Shown piece after piece: positions 8,603 to 16,951 of a DNA stretch of 64,000 nucleotides. The DNA is from Acidimicrobiales bacterium. GTDB taxonomy: Bacteria; Actinomycetota; Acidimicrobiia; Acidimicrobiales; GCA-2861595. The notes under the pieces were generated by a model. The model made no database searches and had not been told where the DNA came from. It saw nothing but the letters and a program-made list of their open reading frames with translations. The stretch's first letter is position 1, and every line of letters starts with the position of its first letter. The stretch is from assembly GCA_035536185.1 (NCBI GenBank), contig DATLOM010000005.1:667-64666 (forward strand), written 5' to 3'. A program made the translations under genes and the position numbers.

Positions 8603-8854
8603 CTAAGGGGCCAGGTCCTCGCCGACCTCTCGAAGGGCTGTCCTGAGGGCGGCGTGCAGGCGACGAGCTGTCTCGGGGGAGAGGTGGGCAACGAGGCCTG
8701 AACCTGGGCTTCCGACCTCCTCCACGGTCAGTTCGACTCGAAGGTCGCCGCACTCGTCGCAGTCGTCGAGGACGGCGACGGCCCAGGCGAGCTGCGCCCT
8801 TTCGGGGTCATCGGCAGGGTGATCGTCTCGGCCGTAATCGGCAAGCTTCTTCAC
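8603..8854 (-). CDS. Small acidic hypothetical protein (83 aa), paralog 2
   Basis: The GTG at 8854 matches the start context of 4472..4723 (cttcttcacgtacggagtgaa is conserved). The listed ORF start at 8923 adds a non-conserved extension. Confidence 0.75.
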   Translation of the reverse strand: MKKLADYGRDDHPADDPERAQLAWAVAVLDDCDECGDLRVELTVEEVGSPGSGLVAHLSPETARRLHAALRTALREVGEDLAP

Positions 8855-9136
8855 GTACGGAGTGAAGCATGAACAGGACTCGGGCGCTTGCCCAGCATCG
8901 GGGATCAACCGGAGTCCCCCCACCCGGTGCCACCGTGCCCCATAACTGATCGAGCACCGCGGTCACGCCGTCGGGGCGGCTCGCACGGTGGGCCGGCGTA
9001 GGAGGCCACCAGGCTGCGGTCGCACGCCTTGGGGGGCGGTTCCTGATCTCCGTGTCGGCTGCCCTGGACGGAGACATCGCTGTGGGTTCCGCGGAATCCC
9101 CAGTGGCGGGAGGTCGCTCCGGGCCCTGGGCTCACG

Positions 9137-9550
9137 TCACACCGAATGCTCCTGTCCGGCTCGTGCGAGCTGACCGGTTTCGGGTCGGCCGGTGGTGAGA
9201 ACACAGTCGTCCAGGGCGCGGCACTCGCAATCCAGACTGTCCTCCAGCAGGCGGCGCGTGAGCTTGGCCTTCTCGATGAGCGCACCGACCTCGGCCAGCT
9301 TGCGCTGGGCCAGAGGTTTCCAGCGCTCGGGTGTGCACCCGTCCTCCACCAGGAGCTCGCGGATCTCGGCGATGGTGAACCCGCAGGACTGTACCGACGC
9401 GATCAGGCGGAGGCGCTCGAGCACCGATTCGGGATAGAGCCGGCGCCCGCCCTGGCGAGCGGGGGACGTGATCAGCCCGACCTCCTCGTAGTACCGCAGG
9501 GCCGACGGCCGAAGGCCGGTTCGCTCTGCCACCTCGGTGATGGAAATCAT
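9137..9550 (-). CDS. MerR-family transcriptional regulator
   Basis: N-terminal HTH ISITEVAERTGLRPSALRYYEEVGLI followed by a coiled-coil and a Cys-containing C-terminus (DCECRALDDC). Confidence 0.9.
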   Translation of the reverse strand: MISITEVAERTGLRPSALRYYEEVGLITSPARQGGRRLYPESVLERLRLIASVQSCGFTIAEIRELLVEDGCTPERWKPLAQRKLAEVGALIEKAKLTRRLLEDSLDCECRALDDCVLTTGRPETGQLARAGQEHSV

Positions 9551-9554
9551 GTTG

Positions 9555-9574
9555 ACCTCAAGTGTACTTGAGGT
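9555..9574. promoter_or_regulatory. 9-2-9 inverted repeat (ACCTCAAGT-GT-ACTTGAGGT), candidate MerR operator overlapping a TTGACC -35-like hexamer
   Basis: Perfect 9-bp arms lie in the 38-bp divergent region between merR (start 9550) and the ArsM-like gene (start 9589). Confidence 0.6.
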
Positions 9575-9588
9575 GCAACAGTAGACCC

Positions 9589-10386
9589 ATGACCGAGAAT
9601 CCCTGCTCCCTCCAGCCCCGACAGTTGACCGCGAGGATCGAGGATTGGCGCCTTCTCGCCCCCGCCATCCTCGGACGCGAACAGACCGCGGCCGGCGCCA
9701 GGCTGCGCTTCCGCGTCGACCCGGGGCTGGCGGACAGAGTCGTCGAGCTCGTCCACCTGGTCGATGCCGAGCGGCAGTGCTGCCCCGCCTTGACGTTCAA
9801 CCTCGAGCTGACACTCGACGTACATGCGCCCGAGGAGCTGCGGGGATGGGTGGCCGATACGTTCGTGCTCAACGTGGAGAGGGCCGGCCATGGGGCCGAG
9901 GAGCCGCAGGCACGGCTGACCGAGAACGATTCGTCCGCGCTGAGAGCAGAGAGAGCCACCGCCGGCGGTGACCCCGAGGGGATCGAAGAGGCGGTACGGC
10001 GCCATTACGCGGCAGTGGCCGAAGGCGGCTCGTGTTGCACCTCTACGCGGGCGTGCGGCTCTGCCGGGGAGCTCGCGGTCATCGGGGCGGGTGGCTATCC
10101 GGATGCCGAGGTAGAAGGCCTTCCGGGTCCGGCGCTCGCCGCCAGCGCCGGCTGCGCCAACCCGGTCGCCGTCGCCGAGCTGGCGCCCGGCGAGACGGTG
10201 CTGGACCTCGGCTCCGGCGGGGGGATCGACGTGTTGCTGTCGGCTCGCCGCGTGGGGCCCACCGGCAAGGCCTACGGGCTCGACATGACCGACGAGATGC
10301 TCGCGCTGGCCGAGAGGAACAAGGCGGCGGCCGGTGCAGACAACGTCGAGCTCCTCAGGGGCCGCATCGAGGCCATCCAACGTTGA
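9589..10386 (+). pseudogene. CC-motif domain fused to a C-terminally truncated ArsM-like SAM methyltransferase
   Basis: The methyltransferase motifs GETVLDLGSGGGID and GLDMTDEML are present. The ORF stops at RGRIEAIQR, before the rest of the Rossmann fold. Confidence 0.5.
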
Positions 10387-10485
10387 GGCCCTCTGCTGGC
10401 CAAAGCGTTGAGGGCCCAGGATCCGTGGCACGCTGGATCGCCTCATGCCGCCCCTCCTCCTCATGCTCGACGGCGGCGTGGTGAC

Positions 10486-10800
10486 GTGAGCGACGGGTTC
10501 CTCGAGCACGTGCTCGACCAGCTCGGCGGCGAGGTCACCGCCCGGGCCATGTTCGGCGGCCACGGGCTCTACCACGGCGGCGCCATGTTCGGGATCGTGT
10601 ACGACGACGCCGTGTACTTCAAGGTGGACGACCGCACGCGCCCGCTCTACGAGTCGGCGGGAAGCTCGTGCTTCGCCCCCCGTCCCCGTCAACGTCTCAC
10701 TTCCTTCTTCGATGTGCCGGCAGACGTGCTCGACGACCGGGACGCGCTGGTGGCATGGGCGGCGGGCGCGCAGGAGGCAGCCAGGGCCGGGCGGCGGTGA
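10486..10800 (+). CDS. TfoX N-terminal domain protein
   Basis: MFGGHGLYHGGAMFGIVYDDAVYFKVDD is typical of TfoX_N. The GTG at 10486 was chosen, and the start is uncertain. Confidence 0.6.
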   Translation: MSDGFLEHVLDQLGGEVTARAMFGGHGLYHGGAMFGIVYDDAVYFKVDDRTRPLYESAGSSCFAPRPRQRLTSFFDVPADVLDDRDALVAWAAGAQEAARAGRR

Positions 10801-10809
10801 GGGGTCTCG

Positions 10810-11676
10810 CTACGCCGCCGCGCCCATGCGCCGAACCAGGCGCAGAAGGCGTCTGCTGGCGTCAGCGGGCTCCAGGTGCACGCGGGAACCGTGGCCGGGC
10901 AGCACCCAGGAGAACGACGTCGTCTCGGCCAGCCTGGCCAGCGACCGGGTCTGCGCCTCCCACGAGTACCAGCACGCCCCCCTGAAAGCCACCAGGTCCT
11001 GGCGCTGGTGGCTCCACGCCAGCGAGTCGCCGGTGAACAGCCACCTGGCGTCCACGGCGAAGGCAACCGATCCCCTGGTGTGGCCCGGGACGGGGATGGC
11101 GACAACGCCGTCGGCGACGACCACCGGATCGTCCCCCACCAGCACGTCGGTGGCGTACGGCGCGGAGTTGCCGTCCGCCTCGTGGATCCACACCCGGGCG
11201 CCGTAGCGCTGTGCCCAACGTGCAGCGTCGGCCACGTCGTCGCGGTGCGTGAGCAGCACGTGGGCCACGCCGCCGAGGTCGTCCAGAGGCCCGGTCAGCT
11301 TCGTGGTGAACCGGGGGGAGTCGACCATCAGGTTCCCGTCGGGCCGCAACACAAGGTAGCTGGTGGCCCCGAACGACGCCTCGCTGGTGTACCCCAGGTC
11401 GTAGACGGGGCCGTCCACCGCCAGCGGGTAGAGCCCCTGCGGTCGGGCCGGCTGCGGCGACCGGCCTATGGAGGCGGTCGGGCACGCCTCCGCCGCCAAC
11501 CAGGCGCGCCGCTCCGGGCCGGCACCGTCGGGCTGCACCTCCACCACCGTCTGCTCCCCGTCGATGACGAAGATCTCCGGGGCCAGGTCGCGGCAGGTAC
11601 CGCAGTCGATGCACCGGGTGTCCACGAACCACGGGCCGTCGGCGTTGCCCGGGTGGCGCTGGTCGATGCGGGCCAC
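10810..11676 (-). CDS. Ferredoxin-like domain fused to an MBL-fold metallo-hydrolase
   Basis: N-terminal CIDCGTC...ACP cluster, then the MBL motif LLTHRDDVAD and later PGHTRGS. Confidence 0.8.
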   Translation of the reverse strand: MARIDQRHPGNADGPWFVDTRCIDCGTCRDLAPEIFVIDGEQTVVEVQPDGAGPERRAWLAAEACPTASIGRSPQPARPQGLYPLAVDGPVYDLGYTSEASFGATSYLVLRPDGNLMVDSPRFTTKLTGPLDDLGGVAHVLLTHRDDVADAARWAQRYGARVWIHEADGNSAPYATDVLVGDDPVVVADGVVAIPVPGHTRGSVAFAVDARWLFTGDSLAWSHQRQDLVAFRGACWYSWEAQTRSLARLAETTSFSWVLPGHGSRVHLEPADASRRLLRLVRRMGAAA

Positions 11677-11809
11677 GGCTCAAAGGTTACGGCGGCTACA
11701 GCTGCTAGTCCGCGCCCCGGTCGTCGTGGCGCTGCCCCACAAGCGCCATCCGCTGCCCAGGAGGCAGAGCGCGCCGCCGGAGTTTGACCTGTACCAGTGC
11801 CGGGGTGAC

Positions 11810-11815
11810 TATAAT
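11810..11815 (+). promoter_or_regulatory. TATAAT -10 box, 7 nt upstream of the antitoxin ATG (leaderless-type promoter)
   Basis: ggtgacTATAATagtagtcATG. There is no room for a Shine-Dalgarno sequence. Confidence 0.5.
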
Positions 11816-11822
11816 AGTAGTC

Positions 11823-12095
11823 ATGTCCCAAACGCTGCCGCTGGCCGAGATCAAGGCCCACCTCTCCGAGATCGTCGATCGGGTCGAGAGGGAGCACGAG
11901 CGCATCGTCCTCACCAGGAACGGCCGTCCGGCAGCAGTGATCATGAGCCCTGCAGATCTGGAGGCTCTCGAGGACACGCTCGACCTGTTGTCCGACCCGC
12001 AGGCGTTGAAGGAGATCGAAGCGGCTCGCGACGACGCGGCAAAGGGCAGGGTGGTGGACGCCGACGAGCTCCGGGCGAAGTACCTGAACAAGTGA
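11823..12095 (+). CDS. Phd/YefM-family antitoxin
   Basis: MSQTLPLAEIKAHLSEIVDRVEREHERIVLTRNGRPAAVIMS is a classic Phd/YefM N-terminus. Confidence 0.9.
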   Translation: MSQTLPLAEIKAHLSEIVDRVEREHERIVLTRNGRPAAVIMSPADLEALEDTLDLLSDPQALKEIEAARDDAAKGRVVDADELRAKYLNK

Positions 12096-12367
12096 CGGAG
12101 CCGGAGCTCCGGCTTGTCGTCACCGCTACCGCGGAGCGAGCGCTGGGCCGCCTGCCGGAAGGAGCTGCCGCGGCGATCGTCGAGTTCATGGTGGGAGCTC
12201 TGGTGGGCGCTCCTAGGCGTGTGGGGCACCCACTCCAGCGGGAGCTCGGTGGTCTATGGGCGGCGCGGCGAGGCCCGTACCGTGTCGTGTACGAGATCGA
12301 CGACAAGGCTGGTGTCGTGACGGTGTTCCGCATCGATCACCGAGCTGACGTCTACCGCTCGCACTGA
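12092..12367 (+). CDS. RelE/ParE-family toxin
   Basis: GTGA start/stop overlap with the antitoxin. The C-terminus YRVVYEIDDKAGVVTVFRIDHRADVY is typical of RelE/ParE. Confidence 0.85.
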   Translation: MTEPELRLVVTATAERALGRLPEGAAAAIVEFMVGALVGAPRRVGHPLQRELGGLWAARRGPYRVVYEIDDKAGVVTVFRIDHRADVYRSH

Positions 12368-12429
12368 CCGGTTTCCGGAGGCTGCCCCAGGTCGCCGCAA
12401 AGAACGAAGGCCGCGACGGCTGGTTGGGT

Positions 12430-13188
12430 ATGAGGACGGGCATGGAGACCGCCCCGCCCGCCGACGCACCGCCGCCCTCGCAGCCACCGCCGCCACCACC
12501 CCCTCCTCTTCCAGGCAACGAGGGCAGCATCGCCGCTGCCGTCCGGGACCTGGTCCGCACCGCGTTGACCGCGGCGGGCAAGGCGGGATCGGTGTCGTTG
12601 ACCGCCGTGGGCGACACCCTGGAGAGCCCGGCGCGGGGCCTGGCCGGCCGCATCACCGCTGGCGCCGTGAGCCAGCCCAGGTCGGTGGCGAGCCAGGCCG
12701 ACCTGGCTGCCGCTCTGGCCGACCAGCCCCGTGCCCCGCAGCTCGGCGGCGCCACCGGCGCGGCGCTGGCCGCCAAGGTGGCCAAACGGGTGGGGCCGCT
12801 TCGCTTCCTCGCCCGGCGGACCCCGCTCTGGCTCGTGGTCACCGCCGCCCCCGCCCTCCACGCCTCGGTGTCCCTCGGGGCGGAGGAGCTGGCCCTGGTC
12901 TCGTCCCACCTGGTCCACCGGGCTCGGGCTGACGGCCTGGAGCCCGACGCCGAGCGGGTACGGCGGGCGGCGGTCCAGCTCCTCTCCGGCGCCACCGTGG
13001 ATCCCGACGTCGAGCCCCGTTACGCGCCGCTGGCCGTGGCCTGGCTCCAGCGGGCGCTGCGGGCGGCCCTGCCGTTCTCTTCCGGCGTGGCGACCCGCAA
13101 CCCGATCCCGCTGGCCCAGGCGGCGTCAGCCCTGGACCCGAAGTCCGTCGCCGGCACCCCGCGCCCACCGGCCATCGGAGAGGTGTAG
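12430..13188 (+). CDS. Hypothetical protein with N-terminal poly-Pro tract
   Basis: The long ORF has plausible Ala/Leu-rich composition and no recognised domain. The start is uncertain (TTG 12424, ATG 12430 or 12442). Confidence 0.45.
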   Translation: MRTGMETAPPADAPPPSQPPPPPPPPLPGNEGSIAAAVRDLVRTALTAAGKAGSVSLTAVGDTLESPARGLAGRITAGAVSQPRSVASQADLAAALADQPRAPQLGGATGAALAAKVAKRVGPLRFLARRTPLWLVVTAAPALHASVSLGAEELALVSSHLVHRARADGLEPDAERVRRAAVQLLSGATVDPDVEPRYAPLAVAWLQRALRAALPFSSGVATRNPIPLAQAASALDPKSVAGTPRPPAIGEV

Positions 13189-13329
13189 CCGGTGGTGGCG
13201 GCCGAGGAGGACCGCTGGTACTGGTGCCTTCACCATCACCTTGTGGCGATGGGCCGCTGGGCACTAGTTGCCCGGCCACGGACTTGATGTGCTGTTGGCG
13301 GACGCCCGGCCAGCGGCCACATCGGCTGG

Positions 13330-13584
13330 TCACTCGGCTCGGAGGACGCCGGCGGCCAGGCCCCCCAGGCCGGGTGGAACGGCGGCGTCGACACCCCGAG
13401 TATCGATGAACGTCCCTTCCAGGGCGACACGGTCGAAGCGGTCCAGGCTGGCGTCGGTGCGCCGGGCGCCGGCCACCAGCGCCAGCACCGTCCCCCCCGT
13501 CAGGGCGACGAGAACGGCCAGTAGCAACGACGAACGCCACCTCGCCACCCAGTCCCGCCGGAGCCACAGCCAGACACCCGGCAT
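13330..13584 (-). pseudogene. N-terminal stub of an FtsX/MacB-like ABC permease
   Basis: MPGVWLWLRRDWVARWRSSLLLAVLVALTGGTVLALVAGARRTDASLDRF resembles the first TM helix and loop of FtsX-like permeases. The ORF ends after about 84 aa. Confidence 0.35.
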
Positions 13585-13799
13585 CAGCTGCTCACGGGCA
13601 CGTCGTCGGGATGCGCACGACCTCATCCCACCCTTTCCGGACCATCGGATCAAGGGTGCTGACGGGTCGAGTGGAGGTGGGGCCACCACCACCCCCACGA
13701 ACCGGCCGCGATCCGAGGCACGACGAGGCATCGGAGGCGTACGCTCCGAGCCCGACGTGGGCACCGCCACGGCGCACCGATACAAAGGGGGTATGAGAA

Positions 13800-14402
13800 A
13801 TGTTCGTTCAGGTCATCACGGCCAAGGTCGTCGACGAGGAAGGGCTGAACCGTCAGGTCGACCGGTGGGAGGCGGAGATCCGGCCCGGCGCCGACGGCTT
13901 CCTGGGTAGCACCAGCGGCGTCACCGAGGACGGCCGCGTGGTCGTGCTCGCCCGCTTCGAGTCCGAGGAGGCGGCCCAGCGCAACAGCGACCGTCCCGAG
14001 CAGGGCTCCTGGTGGGCCGACACCGAGAAGATGCTCCAGGACGTGACCTTCCAGAACAGCGACAAGGTCGTCGTGATGGGCGGCGGCGGGTCCAACGACG
14101 CCGGCTTCGTCCAGATCATGCGGGGCCGCATCCTCGACGCGGCCAAGATGGAGGAGCTGCAGGGCCGCATGGCCGAGTTCGAGGAGGCGATGTCGAACCA
14201 TCGACCCGATGTGATCGGCGACGTCACCGTGACCCACCCCGACGGCACCTACACCGACGCGATCTACTTCAGGTCGGAGGCCGAGGCCCGTGCCAACGAG
14301 AGCAAGGAGATGCCGGCCGAGATGAAGGCCATGTTCGACGAGTGGATGAGAGCGGCCACCGTCGACGAGTACCTCGACCTCAAGCAGCCCCGCCTGTCCT
14401 GA
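13800..14402 (+). CDS. Hypothetical protein (two ABM/dimeric alpha-beta-barrel-like repeats)
   Basis: 200 aa with clean coding composition and an internal duplication pattern (ARFESEEAAQRNS / IYFRSEAEARANES). Confidence 0.6.
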   Translation: MFVQVITAKVVDEEGLNRQVDRWEAEIRPGADGFLGSTSGVTEDGRVVVLARFESEEAAQRNSDRPEQGSWWADTEKMLQDVTFQNSDKVVVMGGGGSNDAGFVQIMRGRILDAAKMEELQGRMAEFEEAMSNHRPDVIGDVTVTHPDGTYTDAIYFRSEAEARANESKEMPAEMKAMFDEWMRAATVDEYLDLKQPRLS

Positions 14403-14454
14403 GAACAGGACCTCGCCCTCGGGTGGGGGTCAGCCGGGGTTAGCTTTCGGTGTC

Positions 14455-15198
14455 GTGGCCGAAACGCACCTGGTGGTCATCGACCACGTCAGCAAGTCCT
14501 TCGGCAAGGTCGTAGCCCTCCGTGACGTCTCGCTCACGGTCGACGCCGGCGAGGTGGTCGTGATCATCGGGCCCTCCGGATCGGGAAAGTCCACCCTCTG
14601 CCGGTGCATCAACCGCCTGGAGCCGGTGGACTCGGGCACCATCGTGTTCGACGGCGTCCCCCTACCCGAGGAGGGCAAGGCCCTGGCCCGCCTGCGGGCC
14701 GACATCGGGATGGTGTTCCAGTCCTTCAACCTGTTCGCGCACAAGACGGTGCTGCAGAACGTGACGCTGGGCCCGATCAAGGTCCGGCGGCTCTCGAAGG
14801 GAGCAGCCCGCGAGCGGGCCATGACCCTGCTCGAGCGGGTGGGCATCGCCGAAAAGGCCGGTAGCTACCCGGCGGAGCTGTCAGGCGGACAGCAGCAGCG
14901 GGCGGCCATCGCCCGTGCGCTGGCCATGGAGCCCAAGCTGATGCTGTTCGACGAGCCCACCTCGGCCCTCGACCCCGAGATGATCAAAGAGGTACTCGAC
15001 GTCATGGTCCAGCTGGCCGCCGAGGGCATGACCATGCTCGTCGTGAGCCACGAGATGGGCTTCGCCCGCTCGGCCGCCCAGCGGGTGGTCTTCCTGGACG
15101 AGGGCCGGGTGGTGGAGGTGGCTCCGCCCGATCGGTTCTTCTCGGCGCCGGAGACGGAACGGGCCCAGCGCTTCCTGTCCAAGATCTTGGCCCACTGA
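14455..15198 (+). CDS. Polar amino-acid ABC transporter ATP-binding protein
   Basis: Walker A GPSGSGKST, signature LSGGQQQR, Walker B LMLFDEPTSALD. First gene of a gluABCD-like order. Confidence 0.95.
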   Translation: MAETHLVVIDHVSKSFGKVVALRDVSLTVDAGEVVVIIGPSGSGKSTLCRCINRLEPVDSGTIVFDGVPLPEEGKALARLRADIGMVFQSFNLFAHKTVLQNVTLGPIKVRRLSKGAARERAMTLLERVGIAEKAGSYPAELSGGQQQRAAIARALAMEPKLMLFDEPTSALDPEMIKEVLDVMVQLAAEGMTMLVVSHEMGFARSAAQRVVFLDEGRVVEVAPPDRFFSAPETERAQRFLSKILAH

Positions 15199-15235
15199 AG
15201 GTATAGACATTGTCGACGAGCAAAAGGAGAATCGC

Positions 15236-16267
15236 ATGAACACCCGCAAGTGGATGCTGCCCTCGTTGCTGATGACCCTGGTGTTGTTGGGGGGTGCCTG
15301 CGGGGACGACGACGATGATCCCGTAGCCGGCCAGGACGGCACGACCACGACCACAGAGGCCCTGCCCGAGTTCCCGGCGGGCTCGACGATGGCCAAGATC
15401 CAGGAGAAGGGCAAGATCGTCGTCGGCACCAAGTTCAACCAGCTGGGCTCGGGGATCAAGAACCCGGCTACTGGGGAGCTCGAAGGCTTCGACATCGAGA
15501 TCGCCAAGCTGGTCGCCGTGGGCATATTCGGCGGCACGGTCGAGGAGGTCGAGGACAAGATCGAGTTCAAGGAGACCATCACCGGTGTGCGTGAGTCGGC
15601 CATCCAGATCGGCGACGTCGACATGATCGCGGCCACCTACACCATCAACGACGCCCGCAAGCAGCAGGTGGACTTCGCCGGCCCGTACGTGATCGACGGC
15701 CAGACGGTGATGGTCGAGAGCGACAACACCACCATCAAGGCGCTCACCGACCTAAACGGCAAGAAGGTCTGTACCGGGCGCGGCTCCACCACGCCGGCCA
15801 ACCTGACGGCCAAGCAGATCAAGCCCTCCGAGCTCGTTCTGCGCGACTCCTACCCGGAGTGCGCCGACGAGCTGCGCCAGGATCGGGTGGAGGCCGTCGT
15901 CAGTGACCGGGGGATCCTGCTCGGTCTGGTCGAGCAGAGCCAGCGGGCGTTCAAGCTGCTCGACATCGACGTCAGCGAGGAGCCGCTCGGGATCGGCCTG
16001 AAGAAGGGCGACGACGCTTTCCGGGACTTCATCAACGACCGCCTGGAGGCGATCTACGAGAGCGGCGAGTGGGCCAAGGCCTACGAGGCGACCTACGGCA
16101 AGCTGGGCCTGGCCACGCCGCAGCCACCGGCGGTGGACCGCTACCCCACCACGGGGACCTCCACCATCAAGGCCACCACGACGGTCCCGGCTTCCACCAC
16201 CACGACCGGCGGCGCCACCACCACCACCACCACCACGACCACATCGATGGCGAACACGACCCGATGA
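15236..16267 (+). CDS. Amino-acid ABC transporter substrate-binding lipoprotein with Thr-rich C-terminal tail
   Basis: Lipobox LLGGAC, a family-3 SBP body and a C-terminal poly-Thr tract. Confidence 0.9.
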   Translation: MNTRKWMLPSLLMTLVLLGGACGDDDDDPVAGQDGTTTTTEALPEFPAGSTMAKIQEKGKIVVGTKFNQLGSGIKNPATGELEGFDIEIAKLVAVGIFGGTVEEVEDKIEFKETITGVRESAIQIGDVDMIAATYTINDARKQQVDFAGPYVIDGQTVMVESDNTTIKALTDLNGKKVCTGRGSTTPANLTAKQIKPSELVLRDSYPECADELRQDRVEAVVSDRGILLGLVEQSQRAFKLLDIDVSEEPLGIGLKKGDDAFRDFINDRLEAIYESGEWAKAYEATYGKLGLATPQPPAVDRYPTTGTSTIKATTTVPASTTTTGGATTTTTTTTTSMANTTR

Positions 16268-16290
16268 CCGGCTGATCCGGGAGGAGGTCG

Positions 16291-16935
16291 ATGGAGGTCG
16301 TCCTCGACAACCGCGACCTCTTCCTGGCAGGCATGCTCACCACGGTGTCGCTGACGCTGGTGTCCTACGCGGCGGCGTTCGTCATCGGCACCGTGGTCGC
16401 CGCCTTCCGGGTGAGCCCGGTGCCGCCGCTGAGGGCGGCGGGCGCCGTGTTCGTGGGAGCGGTCCGCAACACCCCTCTGGCCGTCCTGATGGTGCTGTTC
16501 TTCTCGGGCCTGGGCGACGCCGGCATCCTGTTCACCAGGTACACCTCGGCCGTCATCGTGCTGTCCGCCTACACCGGCTCCTTCGTGGCCGAGACCATCC
16601 GGTCGGGCATCAACACCGTTGCCCGGGGCCAAGGGGAGGCGGCCCGGTCACTGGGGCTGACCTTCCCGCAGGTCCTGAGGATCGTGGTGCTGCCCCAGGC
16701 CTTCCGGACGGTGGTGGGCCCCCTCGGCAGCATCTTCGTCGCCCTCATCCGGAACTCGGCGCTGGCCGCCTTGATCTCGGTGCCCGAACTGGCCGGTAAC
16801 GCCGAACAGCTCCTCACCGACACCGCCCAGCCCATACCGATCTTCCTGGGCACCGCCATCGCCTACATGATGCTGACCCTTCCATCGGCCTGGGTGGTCA
16901 ACCTTCTCGAGCACAGGCTGGCTGTAAAGCGATGA
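16291..16935 (+). CDS. Amino-acid ABC transporter permease
   Basis: HisM/GluC-type permease with the EAA-like loop (GQGEAARSLGLTFPQ). Confidence 0.9.
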   Translation: MEVVLDNRDLFLAGMLTTVSLTLVSYAAAFVIGTVVAAFRVSPVPPLRAAGAVFVGAVRNTPLAVLMVLFFSGLGDAGILFTRYTSAVIVLSAYTGSFVAETIRSGINTVARGQGEAARSLGLTFPQVLRIVVLPQAFRTVVGPLGSIFVALIRNSALAALISVPELAGNAEQLLTDTAQPIPIFLGTAIAYMMLTLPSAWVVNLLEHRLAVKR

Positions 16936-16951
16936 GCCCGAGGAGCTCGGC

